Source: Bacillota bacterium (GTDB lineage Bacteria; Bacillota; UBA5301; JAMCQP01). Taken from it: a DNA stretch of 64,000 nucleotides. Location of the stretch: assembly GCA_023381695.1 (NCBI GenBank), contig JAMCQP010000039.1, forward strand, positions 2,151 through 66,150, read 5' to 3'. Positions 9,211-16,891 of this stretch are shown one piece after another. The translations under genes were made by a program, and so were the position numbers. The notes beneath the pieces are model-generated. The model saw only the letters and a program-made list of their open reading frames with translations. It was not told where the DNA came from and did not search any database. The stretch's first letter is position 1, and the number at the start of each line of letters is the position of its first letter.

Positions 9211-10383
9211 TTATACCTGGATTTCGCCGGCACAAGCAGCCAGGCCGGCGATCCGCGGTGAAGCCAGGAAAATTTCTGCCTGATCAGATCCCATCCGGCC
9301 GGGTGTGTTACGTACTGTTGCGGCCACGGCCCGTTCCCCAACCGCCAGAAGCCCGGCATGCAGGCCGGGGCATGGCCCGCACCCCGGACTGGTAATCACG
9401 GCCCCTGCCTTGCGCAGGTACCTGGCCAGCCCATCTTCCTCCATCTTGTTGGCTACCGCACGGGAAGCGGGCACTACCAGCAAGTTGACCCGGGGATGTA
9501 CCAGACGCCCTCCCAGAGCTGCCATCAGCGCTTCCATATCCTCCAACCGGCCACTGGAGCAACCTCCCACCAGGACCTGGGTGACCAGCGTGCCGGCAAG
9601 TTCTTTCGCCGGGCGGATGACGGGAGGCGATCCCGGACAGGCGATCAGCGGCGCCACCTTTGTGGCCTCCACCTTGAGCACCGGAGGATCCCCAACCGAT
9701 TCCGGCGGTACGATCAGTCCCGTGGCCGCTCCCATCTCGCCGGTCATGTTACACAGGGCCATCTTGCCTGCCTCGGAAAGGCCCCAGACCGCGGAGCCGG
9801 CTAAAGCCAGCACCTTGCCCTTTAGGCCGGTGGCGCCAAAATGATCGAGAAGCCAGAGGGCCAGATCCCTGGCCATCACCCCCGGTTGTAGACGGCCGGT
9901 AACCTCCACGGCAATTACTTCGGGAACTTCGAGCACCATCCGGCCGGTGGCCATGATTGCCGCCAGATCGCCGGGTTTAACCGAAAAGCCGAGGGCGCCA
10001 AAAGCTCCAGCGGTGGCCACATGGCCGTCGGCGGCGGCCAGGATCATCCCGGGCCGCGGCCGGTGCTCCTCCGCCACTACCTGGTGCAAAACCCCTTCCC
10101 CGCGATGGTAGATCAAAACGCTATTACGGCGGGCGAATTCTTGCATGCGCAGGTGCAAAGTCCGGGCTACCACCGTGGGAGCCGGCAGGAGGTGATCCAG
10201 GGTAAAGATCACCCGGCTGCCGTCGAAGACTCCCGGATAACTGCCGGCCTCCCAGGCATCCAGGACCTGCCCGGCGCTACCGTCATGGGCCAGAGCCAGA
10301 TCCACGGCAATTTCCAGGCGTTCGCCGGGGGAAACCTCCTTACGCTTGCCGGCATGGGCCAGTGCCTGGTGAACAAAGTTCAT
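9211..10383 (-). CDS. Aconitase-family dehydratase large subunit (LeuC/HacA-like), no small subunit nearby
   Basis: 390 aa. VGGCSSGRLEDM and SPGCGPCPG (Fe-S ligand Cys motifs of the aconitase family). ATGA overlap with the upstream gene. Confidence 0.7.
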   Translation of the reverse strand: MNFVHQALAHAGKRKEVSPGERLEIAVDLALAHDGSAGQVLDAWEAGSYPGVFDGSRVIFTLDHLLPAPTVVARTLHLRMQEFARRNSVLIYHRGEGVLHQVVAEEHRPRPGMILAAADGHVATAGAFGALGFSVKPGDLAAIMATGRMVLEVPEVIAVEVTGRLQPGVMARDLALWLLDHFGATGLKGKVLALAGSAVWGLSEAGKMALCNMTGEMGAATGLIVPPESVGDPPVLKVEATKVAPLIACPGSPPVIRPAKELAGTLVTQVLVGGCSSGRLEDMEALMAALGGRLVHPRVNLLVVPASRAVANKMEEDGLARYLRKAGAVITSPGCGPCPGLHAGLLAVGERAVAATVRNTPGRMGSDQAEIFLASPRIAGLAACAGEIQV

Positions 10384-10841
10384 TTTACCTCCCCCTCGAG
10401 GAGTCCCACCTCCACAAGTTTGCGAAGCACGGCCTCTTTCCTCTCGGCCAGAGGCGCCCGGGGCGCCACCTGTACCTGCCGAAAATCCATGCTGCTCTTG
10501 CCCCGGCTCAGACTCTCCGGTGCCGCTCCGGCCGCCATGACTATTCCTCCGGGTTTCAGCCCTTTGGTGACATCGGTTACGCCAAAGAGGCTGTTATCCA
10601 GGACCACCACCACATCCGGGGCGCTGCTTGCCGCGGAGCGCTGGCGGATGTAACGGTCGCTGATGCGGACTACCGTCTGCAATGGCGCCCCCGGCCGGTA
10701 GGGCGAAAAAGAGTCGAAGACCTGCGCGTATTTACCGCTCGCCATGGCGGCGCGGGCCAGGTTGGCGGCAAATCCGGCCACGTCCTGATCGTAACGCCCG
10801 TGAAAACGTACCTCTTTCATTTCCAACGACCTCCCTAGCAA
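10380..10841 (-). CDS. 2-oxoacid:ferredoxin oxidoreductase, gamma subunit
   Basis: EVRFHGRYDQDV...SFSPYRPGAP...VRISD...PDVVVVLD pattern of PorG-type subunits. Confidence 0.8.
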   Translation of the reverse strand: MLGRSLEMKEVRFHGRYDQDVAGFAANLARAAMASGKYAQVFDSFSPYRPGAPLQTVVRISDRYIRQRSAASSAPDVVVVLDNSLFGVTDVTKGLKPGGIVMAAGAAPESLSRGKSSMDFRQVQVAPRAPLAERKEAVLRKLVEVGLLEGEVK

Positions 10842-10844
10842 CGG

Positions 10845-11681
10845 TTAATTATGGTAGAGGGCAAGGATCTCTTCTTCCGCAAACCCCTGAAAACGCCCCT
10901 GGGGCCTCAGGTAATCGCCAGCCGGGATCCGTCTTTCCGGCCGGCAGGTAATCTTCTTTTGGCCATCGACCATTTCGTAGAGTTCCCACAGGCCTGATTC
11001 CACCGCCAGCCGGGCAAATTCCACCGTCCTGGCCGCGGGAATCTTCCACCCCCTGTAGCAAGGCGCCAGGATGTGGATGTACCGGAAACCTTTGATCTCC
11101 CTGGCCTTTTGGAACTTCGCCATCAGGTCCTCCGGATAGGCTACGGAAGCTGTGGCCAGATAGGCCGGCTGATGGGCGGCCATAATCGCCAGCAGATCTT
11201 TTTTGCGGGTGGGCTTGCCGGAAGGCGTGTCGGTGGTCCGGGCCAGGCCGGGCGTAAGACCCCCGGCTTGCCCGCCGGTATTCATATAAGCTTCGTTGTC
11301 GTAGCAGACATGGATAATATCTTCGCCCCGTTCCGCAGCCCCGGATAGGGATTGAAAGCCGATGTCGGCGGTTCCCGCGTCGCCCGCCCAGGAAATCGCC
11401 GCGATATCCCCGATTCCCCGGATATCCAACGCCGCCCGGATCCCGGAAGCCACAGCCGCGGAACACTCAAAAAGCGTATGATAAAACGGCACCTCCCAGG
11501 CGGTGGTGAGGCCGGAACCCCCAATGGTGGCCATGCAGGAGGCGGGAATAACGACCATGGTCCGGGAGCCCAGGGCCTTCAGCGCCTGGCGCGTGGCGAT
11601 AGCCGCGCCACAGCCGCGGCAGCCGCCATGACCTCCCGTAAAAAGTTCCTCCTCCGGCGTGGTCTGCAAGTTGTTAGCCAT
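10845..11681 (-). CDS. 2-oxoacid:ferredoxin oxidoreductase, beta (TPP-binding) subunit
   Basis: GGHGGCRGCGAAIA N-terminal Cys motif, GDAGTADIGFQSL TPP motif. Confidence 0.85.
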   Translation of the reverse strand: MANNLQTTPEEELFTGGHGGCRGCGAAIATRQALKALGSRTMVVIPASCMATIGGSGLTTAWEVPFYHTLFECSAAVASGIRAALDIRGIGDIAAISWAGDAGTADIGFQSLSGAAERGEDIIHVCYDNEAYMNTGGQAGGLTPGLARTTDTPSGKPTRKKDLLAIMAAHQPAYLATASVAYPEDLMAKFQKAREIKGFRYIHILAPCYRGWKIPAARTVEFARLAVESGLWELYEMVDGQKKITCRPERRIPAGDYLRPQGRFQGFAEEEILALYHN

Positions 11682-11706
11682 CTTCCTTCTTTTCCTCCTC
11701 CCTGCG

Positions 11707-12885
11707 TTAGCCCGTCAAACCGTACCAGGCGTATGGCGCGGGTTTCTTCCCGGAAGCCTGCGCCTGGCGGGCATCGTGGTACATCTTGACCAGATCGCCG
11801 GTGCCCACCTCCCGGCCACCGAGGCCGGCGATAAAACTGTACACGGGAGTATCGCTCTGGTGGCTGAGAACCGACCGGACTTCCCGGGCCAGGGCTCCCC
11901 CCGAGCCGTAGATGATATTCCGGTCGATAACCAGGACGGTCTGAACCCCTACCAGCATCCGGAGAATCCGGGGGGCCGGGAAGGGCCGGAAAAGCCTCAC
12001 CTTCAGGAGACCCACCTTCTGCCCCTCATCGCGCAACTGATCCACCGCCATCCGGGCCGTGGCGGCCATGGAACCCATGGTGACCATCGCTAGCTCCGCT
12101 CCCTCCAGGCGGTACCCTTCCGCGGCGCCGCCCCAGTCGCGCCCAAACCGGGCGGCAAATGCTTCGTTGACCTGGCCACAGACAGCCAGGGCACGCTGGA
12201 GGGCCTCATCTTGCGCGTATTTGTAATCCATGTAAAGCTCCGGACCGGTAACCACATTGATCCCCCTGGGATGTTCCACATCAAGCCAGGCCTGGAGTCT
12301 GCGCGGCAGGAAGGCGTCCACCTCCTCCTGCGCGGGAACTTCCACCACTTCGCGGGTGTGTGACTGGATGTAGCTTTCGTAATTTACCATGGCCGGCAGG
12401 CTGACCTGCTCGTCTTCCGCCAGGTAAAACGCCTGGAGAAGCGTATCCAGGACCTCCTGATTGTTTTCGCAGTATAACTGGATCCAGCCGCTGGCTTCCT
12501 GAGCCATGGCATCCCCGTGTTCGGGAAAACGGGAATGGGGCGCGGAAAGAGCCCGGTTCACCACGGCCATCACCACCGGTAAACGCAGCCCCGAAGCATG
12601 GTACAACAACTCGCTCATGTAAGCCAGCCCCTGGGAGTTGGTAGCCGAAAAGGTGCGCACCCCGCACAAGGCTGCCCCGATCAGGGATGCCAGCGCGCTG
12701 TGATCCGACTCCACCCGGATAAAGTTGCAGCGCAACTCTCCAGCGGCGATATGGCGGCTCAGCCCTTCCATAACCCCGGAGGCGGGTGTGATCGGGTAGG
12801 CGGCCATTACTTCAATCTTTGCCAGCCTGGCCGCCGCGGCGGCAGCTTCATTACCATTGAGTAACTGGCGGATCAAGTTATTCAT
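11707..12885 (-). CDS. 2-oxoacid:ferredoxin oxidoreductase, alpha subunit
   Basis: LNGNEAAAAAARLAK...AYPITPAS N-terminus typical of PorA/VorA/KorA. Confidence 0.85.
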   Translation of the reverse strand: MNNLIRQLLNGNEAAAAAARLAKIEVMAAYPITPASGVMEGLSRHIAAGELRCNFIRVESDHSALASLIGAALCGVRTFSATNSQGLAYMSELLYHASGLRLPVVMAVVNRALSAPHSRFPEHGDAMAQEASGWIQLYCENNQEVLDTLLQAFYLAEDEQVSLPAMVNYESYIQSHTREVVEVPAQEEVDAFLPRRLQAWLDVEHPRGINVVTGPELYMDYKYAQDEALQRALAVCGQVNEAFAARFGRDWGGAAEGYRLEGAELAMVTMGSMAATARMAVDQLRDEGQKVGLLKVRLFRPFPAPRILRMLVGVQTVLVIDRNIIYGSGGALAREVRSVLSHQSDTPVYSFIAGLGGREVGTGDLVKMYHDARQAQASGKKPAPYAWYGLTG

Positions 12886-13177
12886 CTCCTCCGATCAACC
12901 CCGGGTCTTTGGTATATTCCGGTTGCATCACAATCGCCCGGGCAGGGCACTCATTGGCGCAAATCCCGCAGCCCTTGCAGAAATCCAGGTTAGCCAAGAT
13001 CTCACGACCGCCCGCCAAAGCGCCCTCCGGGCAGTAAAACAAGCACCGGCCGCACAGATTGCAGAGGTCCATCTTCACCAGAGGCCGCTGTTCCCTCCAG
13101 ACTCTGGCCAGGGAAGAGCGCGCCATAGTGCCGGCCTCCGCCGAGGGAGTGCGCGGCAGGGTCAAACTCTTCGACAT
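12878..13177 (-). CDS. 2-oxoacid:ferredoxin oxidoreductase, delta subunit (2x[4Fe-4S] ferredoxin)
   Basis: CNLCGRCLFYCP and CKGCGICANECP. Start chosen at ATG 13177, preceded by AAGGAGG; the longer ORF reaching 13315 lacks an SD. Confidence 0.8.
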   Translation of the reverse strand: MSKSLTLPRTPSAEAGTMARSSLARVWREQRPLVKMDLCNLCGRCLFYCPEGALAGGREILANLDFCKGCGICANECPARAIVMQPEYTKDPGLIGGDE

Positions 13178-13208
13178 TTGTTTCGCCTCCTTTGGCTGAT
13201 CTAAATAA

Positions 13209-13223
13209 GCAATCTCCGTGCCA
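13209..13223 (-). promoter_or_regulatory. Sigma-54 promoter, TGGCAC-N5-TTGC
   Basis: The minus strand reads TGGCACGGAGATTGC, a perfect -24 GG / -12 GC element. It lies about 30 nt upstream of the delta-subunit start. Confidence 0.8.
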
Positions 13224-13335
13224 ACAAAGACCATTTGTCTTCCCAAAAATAAAGCGTGCGGTGTTTGACCTTTAAACCGCGCGCTTTGTTCAGAAAAGTA
13301 TGGCTTGAATCCCAAATAACCCGGTTCTCACCGAA

Positions 13336-13367
13336 GAAACCTGTTTCTGATCTGAAACACTGTTTCA
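13336..13367. promoter_or_regulatory. Two GAAAC/GTTTC palindromes, candidate enhancer (UAS) for the adjacent activator
   Basis: GAAACctGTTTC (13336-13347) and TGAAACactGTTTCA (13353-13367), about 115-145 bp upstream of the -24/-12 element. Confidence 0.4.
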
Positions 13368-13390
13368 AAGAAGAGCATGGGCCAGCGATC

Positions 13391-14965
13391 TCAGTTCAAT
13401 CTTCGCCACAGGGTGGTCCGGCTGATGCCCAACCGGCGGGCCGCCTCGGATCTGTTGCCGTTGGTTTCAGCCACCGCTTCCAGAATTACCTCTCGTTCCA
13501 GGCGTTCCATGGTGTCAAATAGGCGGCCGTCCGGCTTTAGGGCAGGCCCATTCAATGCAGCCAAACCTGCAATCCGGACAAGCTCCGCCCCGCTCACCTC
13601 CGGACCCTGGCAACGAAGCGCCAACCGCTCCGCGACATTGCGTAATTCACGGATATTTCCCGGCCAGGGATGGGAGGAAATCGCCCGTTGTGCCTCTGGG
13701 CTGAGGCGTGGCGGCTCTTTTCCGAGCTGCTTGCACAGAATTGACAGAAAGTATTCCGCCAGAAAGACCGCATCCCCGCCCCTCTCGCGTAAAGGTGGAA
13801 TCTCCAGAGGAAGCACGTTGATCCGGTAGTAGAGGTCTTTGCGGAAGGCTACATCCTGAACCATGAGCACCAGGTCACGGTTGGTGGCGGCGATCACCCG
13901 CACATCGATCCGGATCACCCGTTCATCCCCCAGACGCAGAATCTCGCCTTCTTCCAGCACCCGCAAGACCCTGGCCTGAAGGCGCGATGACATCTCACCG
14001 ATCTCATCCAAAAAGATCGTCCCCTGATTCGCCAATTCAAAGAGACCCGGCTTACCGCTCTTGCGGGCACCGGTAAAGGCTCCCTCCACGTACCCAAACA
14101 ACTCGCTCTCCAGGAGGTTTTCCGGCAGCGCGGCGCAGTTAACCGCCACAAAGGGCCCGGCTTTACGTGCTCCGGCCAGATGAATGGCATGGGCGAACAT
14201 CTCTTTTCCAGTCCCCGTCTCACCGCTAATCAAAACCGTGGAATTTACCGTGGCATACTCTCTCGCCTGGTAAAGCACCTCCACCAAACGGGGGTCTTCG
14301 CCCAGAATGTCGTCGAAGGTGTACTTGGCGATGTGGCCTTTTCCGGCCATAACCCGGCCTGCGACAGGTACAGGCACGCTGTAAACCGGTCTTTTCGCTG
14401 GCAGCCTGGTTGTCAAAACGCTTTTGGCCTCTCTGATGGCCTGAACGACCGCTTCTTTGCCGGAGGTGATGATTACGCCATTCATGCCCAGATTCTGGGC
14501 CTCCTGGGTCATGGCAATCTTTCCGATGACCACCCCGGCGCCGGCAGATTTTAAAGCCATGATGCCCTGGCCGATATTGTGTCCTTGCTCGTCCAGCGTG
14601 TATTTGATGAAATTTTCGCCCAGGTTCGCCTCCAGGCTCCTCGCAACCCGGATAACCTCCGGTATATCCACAATACCCACGCGATCACCAAACTGCTTGG
14701 CCTGGTAGTAAGCCCGCAAAAGATCCTCTCCCCAGATTGGCACATCCACTACCGGCAGGCTAACACCGGCGCGCTGGATTAGCCAACTGGTAACCCCCCG
14801 GCTGACGATCACCAGGTAGCCATTTTTGGCTGCCTTTTTCGCCAGTTCAACCCCTTTTTCCATCCGCGCAATACAGATTTCCGCATCCTCCCCGAGTTCA
14901 CGGCAGACCTCCTGAGCCAGGCTGGCCAGGCCATCATAAGGCGCAATGACAAGGATTCCGGACAC
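13391..14965 (-). CDS. Sigma-54-dependent transcriptional activator, PrpR-type N-terminal sensor + AAA+ + Fis-type HTH
   Basis: GETGTGKE Walker A, GAFTGA, ESELFGY, C-terminal RSEAARRLGISRTTLWRRL. Start is proposed at GTG 14965 (AGGGGG SD), because ATG 15022 lies inside the -10 box of the predicted promoter. Confidence 0.85.
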   Translation of the reverse strand: MSGILVIAPYDGLASLAQEVCRELGEDAEICIARMEKGVELAKKAAKNGYLVIVSRGVTSWLIQRAGVSLPVVDVPIWGEDLLRAYYQAKQFGDRVGIVDIPEVIRVARSLEANLGENFIKYTLDEQGHNIGQGIMALKSAGAGVVIGKIAMTQEAQNLGMNGVIITSGKEAVVQAIREAKSVLTTRLPAKRPVYSVPVPVAGRVMAGKGHIAKYTFDDILGEDPRLVEVLYQAREYATVNSTVLISGETGTGKEMFAHAIHLAGARKAGPFVAVNCAALPENLLESELFGYVEGAFTGARKSGKPGLFELANQGTIFLDEIGEMSSRLQARVLRVLEEGEILRLGDERVIRIDVRVIAATNRDLVLMVQDVAFRKDLYYRINVLPLEIPPLRERGGDAVFLAEYFLSILCKQLGKEPPRLSPEAQRAISSHPWPGNIRELRNVAERLALRCQGPEVSGAELVRIAGLAALNGPALKPDGRLFDTMERLEREVILEAVAETNGNRSEAARRLGISRTTLWRRLN

Positions 14966-15017
14966 GTCGATCCCCCCTGCTGTCTCTTTTGAAGGGCTAT
15001 TACTGGTTTTCACGTCT

Positions 15018-15046
15018 ATCATACCACCATGATTTCAGCTTATCAA
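15018..15046 (-). promoter_or_regulatory. Sigma-A promoter of the activator gene (TTGATA-17-TGgTATGAT)
   Basis: The minus strand reads TTGATA (15046-15041), a 17-nt spacer, then TATGAT (15023-15018) with an extended TGn. Confidence 0.55.
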
Positions 15047-15058
15047 GGCAAACAGGCT

Positions 15059-15069
15059 GGATTGCCCAC
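15059..15069. repeat. Target-site duplication, left copy (GGATTGCCCAC; 13 bp if the preceding CT is included)
   Basis: Identical sequence at 16684-16694, directly flanking the IS inverted repeats. Confidence 0.7.
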
Positions 15070-15195
15070 AGAGATTCCGCAGCTAACTTCTGAGAAGGCG
15101 GTGAGGCGGAAGCCCTAGGGGATAAGGGAAATGGTGCAAATTCGCATTTTTTGAGGCTGGAAAGCAGGGAAAAAGCAGTAAATGGCAAATAAAGT

Positions 15196-15240
15196 CTCCC
15201 GAGAGTAGCACCCCAGTAGTTAAACAGCTACTCTCGGGAG
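15196..15240 (+). promoter_or_regulatory. Perfect 14-bp stem hairpin sequestering the transposase SD
   Basis: CTCCCGAGAGTAGC (15196-15209) pairs with GCTACTCTCGGGAG (15227-15240). The 3' arm contains the GGGAGG SD for ATG 15250. Confidence 0.6.
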
Positions 15241-15249
15241 GTGACCACC

Positions 15250-16500
15250 ATGCGACGGTGGCTTAAAGAATATATTCGGTACATTAGCCGCGTTTTCCTG
15301 CCAAAAGGTTGGCTAGAGTGGGCCAAAGATCGCCGCGCGGCACCGGAAATTTCTCCAGGGACAATCTGGCTTACCTTGTTAATGGGCTTTAGTTTTCAGG
15401 TGGGCAGCTTGGAGGAACTGCACCGGCGGGGGCGGCAAAGCTTTCGGAAACTACTGCCTGGCGGTCAAAGGCCGCCGTCGGCGGATACGCTTGGCTACAG
15501 CCTGAAGCGGGCGGATCTGGGAGGGATCAAGCAGCTGTTTGTGGCGGTGATGCAGAAAGTACGCCGCAGCAGGATGGTGGGGTGGGTAGGGAACCTGCGG
15601 GTGGTAGCCATGGATGGGACCGGGCTATATAGCTCGGAGAGCCGGTGTTGTTCGCAATGCCAGCAGGTCGCGCATGGCGGTGGCCGGGTGGAATACCGGC
15701 ATGAAGCGGTATACTGCCAGACGGTGGGGCCAGAGCCGCGGGTGTTCTGGGGAGTGGAGCCGGTGGGGCCAGGCGAAGGGGAACAGACGGCGGCGCTGCG
15801 GCTGGTGGCTTGGCTGTGGCAAGCGTTTAAGCATTTTGCGGATGTGGTGGTGGTGGACGCCGGGTATGCCAAAGCTAAGTTTATAAACGCGGTGCGGGGG
15901 CTGGGCATCCATTTGGTGATCCGTTTGAAAGACGAGCGGATGCACCTGGTGCAAGACGCGCGGGGTTTATATGGGACGGGGGAACCTTCGGCGCACTGGA
16001 CGGAAAAGCAGGGCGGTTATGAAACGCAGGTCAAGGTGTGGGATGAAGAAGGTTTCCAGAGCTGGGATGGGGTGGAAGAACCCCTGCGGGTAGTGCGGAT
16101 TGTGGAGGAAAGGTCCGGCAGAAAAATCCGGGGTGGGCCAGGCCAGGCGGTAGTCGAGCAACGGGAGATCCTGGTGGCGACCACCCTGTCCAAACAGCAA
16201 AGCAAAGCGGAAGCCATCCGGGAAATTATCCATCGGAGGTGGGAGATCGAAAACAGTGGCTTTCATGAGGTGAAGGGCAACTGGCACCTGGAGCATTGCT
16301 ACGTCCATCAGGAAGTCGCGATTGAGGCTGTCTTGTGGTTAATGTTACTGGCGATTAACCTCTTCTGGCTTTTCTTGTACCGAAACCGCCGCAGCTTTGT
16401 GGGTAGCGACTACAGCGAAAGAGAAGTGGCGGAATGGCTGCGCAACGAGCTGGTGTTTAGCAAAGCCACCTTCTGGCGTTACTTCTGGGATACCAGTTAG
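15250..16500 (+). CDS. DDE transposase, IS4 superfamily
   Basis: VVAMDGT, VVVVDAGYA and HRRWEIENSGFHEVK (DDE plus YREK-like signature). The ORF track starts at GTG 15241. Confidence 0.85.
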   Translation: MRRWLKEYIRYISRVFLPKGWLEWAKDRRAAPEISPGTIWLTLLMGFSFQVGSLEELHRRGRQSFRKLLPGGQRPPSADTLGYSLKRADLGGIKQLFVAVMQKVRRSRMVGWVGNLRVVAMDGTGLYSSESRCCSQCQQVAHGGGRVEYRHEAVYCQTVGPEPRVFWGVEPVGPGEGEQTAALRLVAWLWQAFKHFADVVVVDAGYAKAKFINAVRGLGIHLVIRLKDERMHLVQDARGLYGTGEPSAHWTEKQGGYETQVKVWDEEGFQSWDGVEEPLRVVRIVEERSGRKIRGGPGQAVVEQREILVATTLSKQQSKAEAIREIIHRRWEIENSGFHEVKGNWHLEHCYVHQEVAIEAVLWLMLLAINLFWLFLYRNRRSFVGSDYSEREVAEWLRNELVFSKATFWRYFWDTS

Positions 16501-16683
16501 GCTAGCAGCGACTGCCAGGGAGGTAGCAGCTCCGGGTGAATGAAATAACCACCCCCCAACCTCTCGGTTGGAAAAAGGATGACCGAGAGGAGAGGAGGTG
16601 TCACTCTCTTTCCGCAGGCCCTGTTTCAGGAGGGAGTTTTGGAGTGGTGAACTGTATTGGCATTTTTTGGATGCGGAACCTCT

Positions 16684-16694
16684 GGATTGCCCAC
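16684..16694. repeat. Target-site duplication, right copy (GGATTGCCCAC)
   Basis: Identical to 15059-15069. Confidence 0.7.
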
Positions 16695-16701
16695 TTTTTT
16701 C

Positions 16702-16730
16702 TTGACAGCCCCGCGAAAAAGGAATAAAAT
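16702..16730 (+). promoter_or_regulatory. Sigma-A promoter (TTGACA-17-TAAAAT) upstream of rny
   Basis: TTGACA 16702-16707, 17-nt spacer, TAAAAT 16725-16730. Confidence 0.6.
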
Positions 16731-16826
16731 AAAAAAGGACATGGGTTTTGTTATGCAGGGATGGCTTTCGCCGCCTGTGGGCTGACGATGTGCAAGGGTT
16801 GTTCGTGCACTAAAGTCGCCTTGAGA

Positions 16827-16851
16827 GCCGAGTATTAACTCGGCTTATTCT
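16827..16851 (+). terminator. Terminator-like hairpin inside the rny 5' leader
   Basis: GCCGAGT-atta-ACTCGGC (7-bp stem) followed by TTATTCT. Confidence 0.3.
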
Positions 16852-16891
16852 GTAACTAAGCAAGTCTGCAGCTTGAAAACTGAATAAGGGG

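Larger units (their letters stand above)
15070..16683 (+). mobile_element. IS4-superfamily insertion sequence (about 1.6 kb, single DDE transposase)
   Basis: Terminal inverted repeats AGAGATTCCGCA (15070-15081) and TGCGGAACCTCT (16672-16683) match 11/12. They are flanked by an 11-13 bp direct repeat. Confidence 0.75.

Noticed and set aside
13178-13315. Longer version of the OFOR delta-subunit ORF
   Set aside because: The extension would cover the sigma-54 -24/-12 element and lacks an SD. ATG 13177 has AAGGAGG upstream.
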